DNA of 61,720 nucleotides, the filler included, from Hausera hauseri (lineage: Eukaryota): the NCBI GenBank assembly GCA_046269625.1. It is 9 parts of 9 records of this genome, joined end to end, with 100 filler letters (N's around TTAATTAATTAA, not from the genome) between each part and the next. Parts side by side here need not be neighbours in the genome. Positions count along the whole stretch, not along the records: positions 42,077 to 46,287 come from JBJURY010698104.1; positions 46,388 to 51,092 come from JBJURY010468578.1; positions 51,193 to 55,315 come from JBJURY010747654.1; positions 55,416 to 61,720 come from JBJURY010114987.1; 5 more parts are not named here. One strand, written 5' to 3'. The notes below the pieces were generated by a model. The model worked only from the letters and a program-made list of their open reading frames with translations, made no database searches and was not told the DNA's origin. The translations under genes were made by a program, and so were the position numbers. Positions 44,436 to 55,899 of this stretch are shown piece by piece (positions within the stretch are counted from its first letter, which is position 1; every line of letters starts with the position of its first letter).

Positions 44436-45452
44436 ATGGAAATTAATGCAAAAAATGCTAATTTAATCATTGAAAAGTTGAGAAGGAACAATTATAAGAG
44501 CACGGATATACACAGATTACTGACAATGGCCTGGGGTGATGAGGTGACAAGCGTTAGACAAGTTCAAATAATATCGAAAGAATATGAAGACGGTAATTGA
44601 GTTGATTTTAAAAGGAAGCCAGGCAGCGGAAAAAAAGACGAAAATCACAAAAAAGTAGTACGTTTAGTTGAGCAACAAATGCAGCAAAACCATAAGTTGA
44701 CTACAAAAGAATTGGCGGAGATTGCCGGTGTATCTAACTACCTTGTATACAAAATATTAACGAAGGGTTTGATGTGGAAATGTTTGTCGGACAAGTGGGT
44801 GCCGCATACTTTAACGGACGGACATAAATCTGAACGCGTGTAGTGTTGTGAGAACTTGTTGCAGACTTTCACCAGGCACAGAAATAGTAAACGATACTTA
44901 ATTGTAACCTACGAGAAGTGGTTCTACGGCAAACCTTTAGGTAACTTTGTTACCAGAAAATCTTGGGTTCCACCTGCTGGAGACGGATGCGAAGTTGCTA
45001 AGAGGATGACTGTTGAAATGAAATGTTTTGTTCTGGTTGCTGTAAGTTTTGGAAGTCTCTATCAGTTTAAGGTTTTAAATCGGTGTGAAACAGTAAACTT
45101 TGAGTTATGAGCTTAGAGTGCACAGAAGATCCGTGTCATTGGATACGTGCATCCTTATGCACGACAATGCTACGCCTCATACATCTCTCTTTGCCACACA
45201 ATTCCTTCAAGACAAAGGCTGCACCTTGATTCGACAACCACCATACTCTCCAGATGTCAGCATTTGTGACCGCATGGTCTTCCGAAAGGTAGAAATGAAA
45301 AGATCCGGAATAACATTTCATGAAGCGAACGATGTCGTAGATTTTCTTCATGAGGAATTTCAGACTTTAACTGAACAGGTGATGAATCATGAATTTGACA
45401 TGCTTACCTTCACTTACGAAATGTTATAGACAATAATGGTAATTACGTTTAA
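44436..45452 (+). mobile_element. Decayed mariner-type (DD34D-like) transposase
   Basis: KWVPHTLT, IVTYEKWFY, LMHDNATPHTS, QPPYSPDVSICD; stops and frameshifts; TIRs not identified. Confidence 0.88.
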
Positions 45453-46387
45453 CTGAACTCGTTTTATATTATACTGTTATTATCACAAATTTGTAATTTT
45501 TCAGAAAAACTACTTTAAAACGACTTTTTTTTTTGATAACAATCTATACCATGTTTCATGATAATCTGTCAGTCTGAAAATGTATTTGTTTAATTATCGT
45601 TTATATATTCCATCATGTATAAATTTTTTGGCGACGCACATGACGGACCACAAAAATACATTTGATGGATAATTCATAATATCATGTATTCCATCGTGTA
45701 TAAATTTTTTTGGCTACCATCATCATGATCATGATCATCATAATCAGTATTATCATCAACATCAACCGCAACAGCTATAACTTTTAAAGATTGAGTGAAA
45801 AACAATATTTGTTGTAGTAACGCGGATTTACAGTAAAATTCGTTATTATATTACCCTACAGTGGTCTGCACAGTTATACACACTTGATTAACATAGAACG
45901 GTGCTCAATATGTTCCCGTCGTCATTCTTATGGTAATACATTTCGTGAGATTATCATGATAACACATTATCATGAGATGCACATATACATATATTAGGGT
46001 TATAACCTTTTAACATGTTTCTGTAGCATGATTCAATGAACTTTAGGTGACAAGAGTAATGAAAATAGCTTTTGTTTCAATTTAGGTTTTTCAAAGGTCA
46101 CCCTCAAAAGATTATTCTATTATTCTACATCTAATTTTATTATACTACTTTTCGTATGATTTTAAAATTTTCTTGTTGGGTGTACCGTTTTGAGGAATAA
46201 ACAAATTAAATCCTCCTTTCATTGTTTTTTTTTGACTAGACGTTCATCGATTTATGGTACAGGAAATCAGATATTTTACATATGCATNNNNNNNNNNNNN
46301 NNNNNNNNNNNNNNNNNNNNNNNNNNNNNNNTTAATTAATTAANNNNNNNNNNNNNNNNNNNNNNNNNNNNNNNNNNNNNNNNNNNN

Positions 46388-49300
46388 CAAGATCTAAAGC
46401 ATGGTTCAACAATACATGTAATATTCCGACTAAGAGGGGGAAGTGAATAGCTGTAGACGAACTCGAGGATCGGATTGCAGAGAGGCGAAAACATAAATGA
46501 CTTGGCAACCATTCGACGAAAATTGATGGAAATGAATTTGAACGAGCAAGAATATAGTCTGTTCCAACAAAGGTACGAGAAAACCTTTTCAGAGCTACAG
46601 AAGAATTTGGGGATGTTAGCAGCTGCTGAAAGGAAATTAAAAAGAAAAGAAAATGTTACCCTACTGGAAAATGAAACGGAAAAATTGGATGAACAAAACG
46701 AGAAAATCAATGCGATTATTTATAGAAGAAGTCTACGGGAAAGTAAACCAGCAATTAATGTAACAAGAGGTACGGATAGTAGTGAAAAGAAAAAGTCATA
46801 TTGCCGAAATTACAAAAATTGGAACTCCCGAAATTCGGCAGTATTGTCACAGAATTCGACAAGTGGAAGAGAACGTTCGACACTTGCGTTCATAAAACAC
46901 AAATGTCCGATATTCATAAACAATTGCAATTAAATCAATGTCTTTACGGAGAACCGAAGAGGTTAATTGAGAATTTTGATCTATCAGAAGAGGGCTATAA
47001 AGCCGCAATGGAAAAACTTAAATCTTATTACGGAGGGGAACAACGGTGTTACGCCGCCTTTTTGACCGAGGTGATGGGCTTCAAACCAATTAGAGAAGAA
47101 GATATCGTAGGTCTAGATCGGTTTTTCGCATTGATAGATGGTATAGTAGTAAGGTTACAAAATTTGGGGAGGAAAGAAGAGTTAGGTGGAGGACTGTTGT
47201 ATCAAAGTTTAATGGAAAAACTCCCAGAGTCTATAGTATTGTTATGGGAAAGAAATGTTGCTGAAAAAAGGTCAAATCGAACAGTTGAGCAGTTAAAATT
47301 ATGGGTAGAGTTGGAAGCAAGTGTCCGAGGAAATACAATCGAAAGAGTCAGGCATAAATACCTTTAATCCAGGAAGAGATTATGAGTCTAATCGGATATA
47401 TGATGAAAATAAGTTGATAGTTCGAAAACGATTTCTTACTCATAATAAAAATCATATACCTTCTAAAGGGCATGAGTTTCAAAGAAAATCGCAAAGAAGT
47501 TTTTACGTAGACAAAGATGTCAACAGGAAGGAGGCACCAATTCGTAGCAAAACGGAAAAAGATAACAGTATTAAATCAAGGAATAAAACCGAAAACCAAA
47601 TATGCTGGGAGTTTGAGAAAGGTGGAGATTGCAAATTTGGAAAGAAATGTAAATATCTGCATATTAGTGAGGGAAATAGTAAAATGCAAGTTTGTAAGTA
47701 TTATCTGAAATGAAATTTCAAATATGGAGAAAATGTCGTTATGCTCATGAACCGCCGTCAAAGAAAAATACATCTAAAAACCAACAAAGAACATTTTACA
47801 CTATACAAGGTGATGAAGGTGAATGCGGAGATAAAGCTACGGAAGCACCAATCAACTCTTATATAACTCGGCGATCAGAAGAGACTCCAACAGGAAATAA
47901 GATAGCCTTACGTACTGTGGATGTGTGGTTGGAGAACGGAGAGCGAAAAGTAAAAGTGTGTATGTTATTGGACGACGCGAGCATGGAATGTTTTGCAAAA
48001 CGCTCTGTTGTTGAACAATTACAATTAGACGGCAGTCAGGAAAGTGTATGTTATGGTGGTAGGTGGGGAAACAACAAAGTCAATAATGGGACGGGTAAAA
48101 ATGAATCTACGAAGTAAGAATGGAAAAGTTAACATCCTATTTGAGGCATTAGTTCTCCATTATCCAACTGGGAAAATGATGGCTGTGAATTGAAAAATTG
48201 AGAAGAACAAATGGCCACATTTGAGAAATATAAAGTTTGCCGTTCAAAAATCGCCGAAATCAGTCAATAGAATAATCGGTGCGAACTACATGCATCTACA
48301 TAGATCTATAAAAGAAATAGCGGGAAATATAAACGAACCGGTAGCCAGATTGACTCCACTCGGATGGACGTGCGTTGGGATAATCGGAGATGAAAAGAAA
48401 AAGGCAAGAACCAATTTCATTAGAACATTCTGGAGTACAACCGATGAAGTACAAGAAGATTGGAACAGACTATGGGAAGCAGAACAGGGATTCCTGTGTT
48501 GAATAGCTCGGATGTCAAATTATTAAAGAAAGTGACGAGCGGAATAAAATATGAAAAAGAAAGGTTTGATGTTAAGTTACCTCGGAAGACAGAGAAACAT
48601 CCATACGTCAGTAATCTTGATTCATCATGGATGGCGAAAAGAAGATTGAATCTATTAATAAAGAAACTGGATAAAGATATTACAGTGAAAGAGGAGTATA
48701 ATAAGGTCGCGATACCACAAAAATTCGGATAGTATTTGACGCAGCTGCAAAGAGTAAAGGAAAATGTCTAAATGACTTCTTGGAGGTCGGCCCAAAATTA
48801 CAACTTGACGTAGTTGACATTTTACTCCGAATGCGTCGCAACATGTATGTTTTAATCTGTGATATACATGAAATGTTTCTCCAAATTTTAGTAGATCCAA
48901 CAGATAAAAAATACTTACGTTTTTTATAGAAAAAGAATGATACGAATTCAACAGATTGGTGTACGGATTAAACAGTTCTCCTTTTTCAGCGCAGTTGGTG
49001 TCCAGATTAAACGTGGAAAAATTTGAAAATGTGTATCCGAAAGCAACAGAAACTATAAAACACTCTACGTATATGGACGAATGCATAGATTCAGCTCCAA
49101 CAGAAGAATAGATAGTTGAATTGTAGCACGGATTAAATGTGATATGGAACAATGCAGGAATGGCTCCACACAAATGGACAACGAACTCAGAACAACTTAT
49201 CGCCGATATCCCATGTGACAAAAGATCGAAGGAGTATAGCGTATCAGAGAAAAACACATTGGCCACAAAGACGTTGGGAATGAAATGGAAGGTAAAGGAG

Positions 49301-49775
49301 GACAAATACGTATTTTATAAAAGAGATGCTAGCGAACAAACAATAACGAAAAGGACCTTACTAAGCGCAGTCCTTAAAATGTACGATCCCCTGGGATTTT
49401 TAAGTTGCTATACTATAATCGGAAAAATGATAATGCAAGAATTGTGGATCGGGAACTATGAATGGGATCAAAAACTCCCGGACCAAATATCAAACAGGAT
49501 AAAATCATGGATGGAGGAAGCTCATCTACTAGACGAAATAGGAATTGAAATGTACCTAAGATTAGACAAAGATGAGAACTGGGAACTACATATCTTTTGT
49601 GACGCCTCGAGACTAGGTTACGGCGCAGTGGGTTATCAGAACAAGGAAAAAGAATGGGAACTTTTTCAAAACATTGGTAGTTGCTAAAGCGAAAGTAGAT
49701 CCAGTCAAATCGATAGCGATACCAAGATTGGAGTTATTGGCGGCTTGTGTGGGAGTCAAACTGAATGAAAGACGA
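46388..49775 (+). mobile_element. BEL/Pao LTR retrotransposon gag-pol fragment, decayed, truncated before integrase
   Basis: LPKLQKLELPKF..EFDKW..F..K..L..CL.GEPKRLI (DUF1759-like Gag); MLLDDAS protease; PVARLTPLGW; YMDE RT motif; TKTLGMKW, TKRTLLS..YDPLGFL; LHIFCDAS..YGAV; AKAKVDP..IPRLELLAA. Confidence 0.92.
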
Positions 49776-50089
49776 GGACGTAATAGAATTGGTAGCAATC
49801 TGGTGCCACTGTAGCTTACCAAATGTCTCAAGGCCACCATGTACAAGTCCATTACCTGTTTTATCTGCCTGTTAAAACTGGTTTATATGATTCATCTTGT
49901 TTTTCTTTTCTCTCAATCTGAACAAACAATGTAGGAAAAAAAAAAGGTGAAGAAGAAATAGGGACACCTGAAAAGATTTGTGAAGTTTGGAAATTTCAAG
50001 GATTGAATTAGTGATGTGATATTATGTTTATGTTTCCACTATAGTTGAACACATGTTCTTCTTTATCTCCTAACGTAGGGCATTAGTGT

Positions 50090-50300
50090 ACTTTCTTCAA
50101 GCACATTTGACATGAGCACGCCAGGCCGGTTCACTCCAGGTCTTAACAGTCTATATCTGTTCTCTCTCGAGGTCTATATAGGTTGTCTTCTTGCTCTCTT
50201 CCCTTCTGGCTTCCACATTAAGGCAGTTCATGTGTCTGATTTTTTTTTTTATTTTTAATATGTGGCTCAGTCATTTCGATTTCCTTTTATGAACAAAGAT
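50090..50300 (-). mobile_element. 3' remnant of an RTE-like LINE
   Basis: Minus strand IKRKSK*LSHI...TALMWKPEGKRARRQP.*T resembles the W.GH...ALxWxPxGKR.RGRP..TW tail of non-LTR ORF2. Confidence 0.55.
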
Positions 50301-50393
50301 GTTACATAGATGTTATTGCTTTTGAAAATGCCATGGACAACGAAGAGAACTATTGATGGTTTAGTGCTCGAAGCTGAAATAGAAACATTATAC

Positions 50394-51092
50394 CTTCAAA
50401 CTGGGCAAGATGACACTCAGACACACTTCTCCGCCTGCCTTCTTTAAATGCTGTTTTCCTTAACGTCTTTTGGTAAAGTGACCGTGACCTTGTTAATTTA
50501 CCGCCATCTCCACAAATGATGTTTGTTTCAACTTGTGAGCTGACACTACTGCGTGCTGAGAAGGAAGGCGCCCGGAGCATAGAGTCTTTTAAGTCAAGAA
50601 GCTTATACGTGGAAATAGAAGATACTCCCGAGTTCGTTGCTAGAGGATTCTCAGGCGACGACAAATCGACACAGTTGGATGGAGATCGTTGGTTTGATGA
50701 ATCAGATGTCTTATATTTTGCAAGAGAAGGAACTTGGTATTCTGAGACTGACGAATAATGATGTCCAGAAATAGTGGCGGGAAATTCTTGTAAATTGAAA
50801 GTTGGTGAATCAGCATTCATTACCATCGAACAATTGGACAACTGGGAGACAGGGGTTTGTGAGTCATTTTCAAACATCTGGAAACTAGAGGTTGGTGAAT
50901 CAGCAAGTTTGAGCGTGGAAGAAGGCGATTTGGGGGTTTTTGATGTTGGTGAATCATGAAGCATGGGCATTGCAATAGGGAAAGTATGAACACTTGATGC
51001 TGGTGAATCAAGAAGTGTGGGAGTTGTAACAGAGAATATACCGGGCTTATAACTTGCTAAACTGGCATGTTTGAGTGCGGCACAAGGCGATA
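50394..51092 (-). CDS. Probable exon of a host gene; Ser/Pro/Thr-rich disordered region with repeated DSP(T/A) motifs
   Basis: Open frame from the contig end to a GT donor after ...RRRSVSECHLAQFE; no domain recognised. Confidence 0.5.
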
Positions 51093-51469
51093 NNNNNNNN
51101 NNNNNNNNNNNNNNNNNNNNNNNNNNNNNNNNNNNNTTAATTAATTAANNNNNNNNNNNNNNNNNNNNNNNNNNNNNNNNNNNNNNNNNNNNAGCTTCTA
51201 TACAGGGATTTGTAGTTATATATATATTAGAGTTATGACTATAAAATTTTTATCTAAATTTAAAGATTCTCATATCAGAAGTTGATGAACTTTTGTAAAG
51301 TTTCCAAAAAAGTAGTAGTCGAAATATTTTTTAAAAGAAACTTCTAAATCTAATGTTTGGACCTTAAAGTTTTTTTTTCGGTTGTTTAAAGTTCTTCAAT
51401 ATGTTTTTTGCAAAAGAATAATAAATATTAGGCGATTTGCCGGATTATCCAAAGTAGTGATCAAGTGCA

Positions 51470-52500
51470 CGCTTAAACACTGACCAAAATATGGTGTTTA
51501 CGTCCGATATATATACTGGTTTGTCGAATCCGCAGTCTTGAAATTTGTGTTGCAATAGCATGACAACACCATTTTTTCTTCCACTGTTGGTAACCGTTGT
51601 ATCACATACAATCGTATTTGCTTAAAACACTTTGCGTTTGCGATACTTTGAGATTTAGCATCTGGTAAAACTAGTACACAAGCCTAATTTTTTGTTTTCC
51701 TTTTTAAACACTACCACTTGATGATCTTTGTTACTGATCAATTTTCCATCAAAATGTAAGGACCAATTTTCATTCTCGAAACGCTTAACGTATAACTCTT
51801 GTACCTGGTTTGCTTATTTGTAAACTTCTTTATAGATTCCCGACCGTCATAGTGTTGCCAATTGAGGATTACTATCGTTAAGAATGTTCCAACAGTGCAG
51901 GCTTTATCAGATGACAGTTTACCACATCTTACAAACTTTCTGGCACTTTTAGTACTCTTATAGAATTTTGTCTTCTTTGACAACGCTCCACGCTCATGGC
52001 TGGAATAACTTTCTACTTCGGTTAAATTGCCTTCAGTTTCACTGCTATCAACTGATGTTTTCTGAAGATGTGAAAATTTACTTGTGGTTTGCTTCGCAAG
52101 ACTTTAGACTGCAGATGCACATAATACAAGTTTTGTCTTGTGTACAAAGCCATTCTCCGTCTGATTTTGTTACATCACATAAATTTGAAAAAGACTTTTC
52201 TATTTCGGTTGTTGACTTTCTCAAAAAATTACCGTTTTTGTTAATAGTGCTAGTAACTTTTCTCTCTACAGTAATTTAGTTACAAATTAGTTTTATTCGT
52301 AGTTCTTTCGATTTCTCAGCTATATATCGACCTACAATAATCACTTTCTTGGGCAGCTTACAAAGAATTTTTAGTGAATCTAAAATATATCCAAACTTGT
52401 GCTGACGCTTCCTTAGTGATTGACTGATTGTTGTGAGATTTATTTTCCATGCCCGCTGATTTGCTGATACAGCTTTGACTGATTTCCGGAAATACATTTG
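51470..52500 (-). mobile_element. Highly decayed hAT-like (hATm-type) transposase
   Basis: WSLHFDGK (about 51743-51766), IVCDTTVTNSGRKNGVV, YIGRKHHIL matching the LxFDG / DTTxxNTG / CxxH pattern. Confidence 0.6.
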
Positions 52501-53918
52501 ACGCAATAAAATAATAATTTCTCCAATAAAAAATTATATAATTGAAACTTGAATCAGATTAATCTACAAAATACAACAAACATATTTTATAGCAACTTCA
52601 TATGTAATAAATTTAAATTTTCAAACATTAGTTACGCATTGTAATAATAGGTTAATATAGATTTCTCACCCATTTGAGTTTGGTGGTTGGTGGGTGAAGT
52701 TTTTTCAAGAAAATTAGAAACAATTGCGGTTTTCTTATTTTATATGCAAATGTTAACCAAATGCGCCTATGGGGTTTTATTTTTAAAAGTTATAACTCTC
52801 ATATGTATATATGTATGCATGCATGATCAAAAAATTTAGGTCATGAAATCAGCTGATATAAGGAAGGTGCAATATTTGGTTTAATCACTGTTTTTATTTG
52901 CACAAAAAATTAAGGTTAATAACGACCCATAAGTAATCAGCAAAAATCGGATATTTGTATGGGCTATTTACACTTAAATTATTCGTGTTGTAAACAAATT
53001 ATTGTACTAACCAACCGTTACTAGACGCATCATATTTGAAATCGATATAATCAACACAGTTTTTACTTTATATTAACCTTTATTTGTTTTCACTTTAAAC
53101 AAAGTTACCTATGGCACAGTTTTCCATCACCACTAAATTTTTATAAGGACGACATACTATAAATCTTTGTTACAAAAATATCACAATAATGCCTTTTTCT
53201 ATTAAAGTTATTGCACTTAAAAACACAATTAAAGTATTAGTGGCTTATATAATCAATGAACGGTTGCTAGGTAAATTCGATAACATAAATGTAATCCCAA
53301 AATGAAATTGCAGAGATTACAATTATCCTACCTAAACGATAACCGAAATAACTTCCTCCGTGCCGTGAGAATAAAGTCTTCGAAAAGTAGAAACGTAAAG
53401 TTTTATAAGTAATGTGTTAATTATAAAACTTCAGTTGTTTTGTTAGATTTATTATTCAAAATTAGTAAGACTATTCATTCAAACAAGAAACCATAGTGTG
53501 CCACATTTAATATAAATTTATAAAATAGATTAAGAATTAACGAAAACCAATAATTTTTTCTTGTCTAAAATGACTTAATATTCGTGGAGAATTCAATTGA
53601 AAAAGTATTATAATAATGAAGGCATTTAAGATGTTTATATCGATTTTTGTACAGACGCATTATGGATTGAATGTATGAATTTTTGAATATACAAACAATC
53701 CCATGCCAAAATTAACAAAACTTACAAGGGATATTCGCAAACTTATGCATTCCAAATTTTCAAAATCTTTGTCAGAAAAAATTTTAAAGACATTTGGAGT
53801 AAAATTAATAAAAACCGATGTTAGTGAATCTCAAACGAGAGACAGCAGCGGTGACAACAATGTGAAAATCCGACATTGAGAGGGTCAATTAGTGGAAGTT
53901 GTAAAACGCTATGATGAG

Positions 53919-54880
53919 TAAGGTGGACCTAAAGAATTTTTTTCGAATCTGAAAAACGTCTAGATTTTAGAAGTTGTCATTAGGTACGCGGATGATACAC
54001 TAAAAGTTTTGCGCCCCGCAACAATGTCTTCAGGTTTCGCAAGGAGCCTAAAGTTGGCCAAAAACGAAAAAAAAAAATGAAAATTTTTACATTTTTCTAT
54101 TAATTTCTAGACAATATTAATCATTGCAGTGTATGAAACTTATTTTCTAACATGGCTAAAATACTCAAAACAACATTCACAGCTCAATTGTGTATATTGG
54201 GGCCCTCAGAAGATTGTCAAAAATTCACAAATTAACTCCAATTTTCATCAATTTTACTAGAAAGTTCATTCACTTGCAACAATTGCACGACGCTCATTTA
54301 ATGCAGTATGAAACTGTGACTTGTGCTCAAACACCGGCATCGTTTCTCTGGATTTCAATTTGGCCCTAATAAAACCATCTCGAGCTTCAGCGCCAGAGTC
54401 GTTCAGCCGCCTCAGTCACCAGCTTCACGCAGCATTCAATCGCCTGTGTGTGACAGAGATATTTGCAGAAATCCCAGTCGTGAGCTATCTCATCACGATT
54501 TACAAGAAGCGTTCTCAGGAAATCTGTGCTAACACTGGCTATGATGGGAGGTGAAGTGACCTCAGTGGAATTCCAGTCAATTACTTCTACGTAATCGGAC
54601 GCATTGAAATTAAGTTTTGGTAATTCAAATGAACGGATTTCGCTGACCCCATCTGCCGCAGCTTGCCTGGCTTTCAAAATTCTCCGAATTCCCATCTCCC
54701 TTATGTGCGATCTCTCGTTGGCTATCATTTTCAATAACATTATCTTGATGAGTGAAAAATGCATTTCTTGCCATAACTTGGTTAACTACCCTCAAAAGAT
54801 TGGAGTTCATATATCTGGAGTTGCGGATGATTTGCCAGACGTGTCTCGTACCATTTTTCACGGAGCTTTTCATCTTGATT
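53919..54880 (-). mobile_element. 3' part of a hAT-like (hATm-type) transposon
   Basis: RNAFFTHQDN, RRILKAR, RSFELPKLNFNASDYVEVIDW, SPP, CHTQAIECCVKLVTEA, RDGFIRAKL.SR..MP.FE.K; candidate terminus TAAGGTGGACC at 53919. Confidence 0.75.
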
Positions 54881-54989
54881 TAGAACCACCCGGGGACGTA
54901 CACTCTCAGTATCAAATCGACGAGACGTTGCAGTTGATGAGTTTCCGCTGTTTAGGGTGTAGATATTATTTCTCGCATCTACACTCAGA

Positions 54990-55315
54990 TAACATTATTT
55001 GCATCTATCATGCAAAATTTGGATCTAAAGCTAGGAATTGTATTTTAGGCTGTGACTATAAAATTAACCATAACTACACGACTGATAGACGTTCCAGTCT
55101 CTTTAGTAATAACCGTCCTAACTCACCAATCCAAAAAACTGATTTCTCCGCCAGTATTCACGGCAGAATCTGGCAAAGGGAAATTAACCAATTCTTCTTG
55201 CCGACACACTTATTTTGCAGTCTTTACACTAAAAGCTGCTATATCCTCTCCTAATATTCAATCCATAGACTTTCTCATAGCCACCGGTGCAGCTATCTCA
55301 TTACTACCACATTCC
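54990..55315 (+). mobile_element. Ty3/Gypsy gag-protease junction remnant (separate family)
   Basis: CIYHAKFGSKARNC..GC (CxYHxxFGxxAxxC gag motif), then FLIATGAAISLLP (decayed DTGA protease motif). Confidence 0.7.
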
Positions 55316-55415
55316 NNNNNNNNNNNNNNNNNNNNNNNNNNNNNNNNNNNNNNNNNNNNTTAATTAATTAANNNNNNNNNNNNNNNNNNNNNNNNNNNNN
55401 NNNNNNNNNNNNNNN

Positions 55416-55752
55416 ACTTGCCATCTTATTCTTATCGATTGATATTCTTGCAATTGTAACGTACGGTATTATTTAGTTGTTAATAAACTTGTATTTAAAA
55501 TTCTTGATAGCTTTTTCGTCGCTCCTTACGAGGGACTGGTACCACATTAAGTATTAAAATTTCGTATAAAATCTAGTTAAGTCGAGATCCATTTAAACTC
55601 TGCAAAGGACACGCACGCAGTTCGTACATCATAAATTAGTGCAAACATTCTAACGAGAATGTTAGAACGTACCTGCCAAATAAATATCTCTAATTGAAAT
55701 TAATTCATTGTTATAGTTGGGTGTTGGATAGGGCCACCTTCAACTACTAACA
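55416..55752 (+). repeat. Partial 5' LTR (R/U5) of copy C
   Basis: AATAAA at 55482-55487; ends ...CTAACA two nt before the PBS. Confidence 0.75.
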
Positions 55753-55754
55753 AT

Positions 55755-55772
55755 TGGCGACCCTAAAAGGAC
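55755..55772 (+). promoter_or_regulatory. Primer-binding site TGGCGACCCTAAAAGGAC (tRNA-Arg-like)
   Basis: Same position and near-identical sequence to the copy A PBS. Confidence 0.75.
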
Positions 55773-55899
55773 AGTTTGTACTTGCTAGACTTGACTTTTA
55801 GCGAAAAGTAACGACATATCAGCGATCAGCGCTACCACATCGAATAATTTANNNNNNNNNNGTGATCTTGAAATTCGGGATTGATAAGAAACCTTAGTA

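Noticed and set aside
42229-46287. Tc1 element nested inside a larger long-TIR mariner element
   Set aside because: A terminus-like CAGGGTGT occurs near 42233, but I could not find a matching right TIR.
48655-49305. 216-aa minus-strand ORF
   Set aside because: Antisense to BEL/Pao RT; no independent motif.
46388-49775. BEL/Pao element as the carrier of the chuvirus-like glycoprotein (Anakin-like)
   Set aside because: It is on a separate contig with no env sequence; the glycoprotein is physically linked to Gypsy-type pol in contig 5 and to a different Gag in contigs 3 and 9.
54604-55254. 216-aa plus-strand ORF as a single gene
   Set aside because: Chance read-through from the antisense of a hAT-like transposase into a Gypsy gag remnant.
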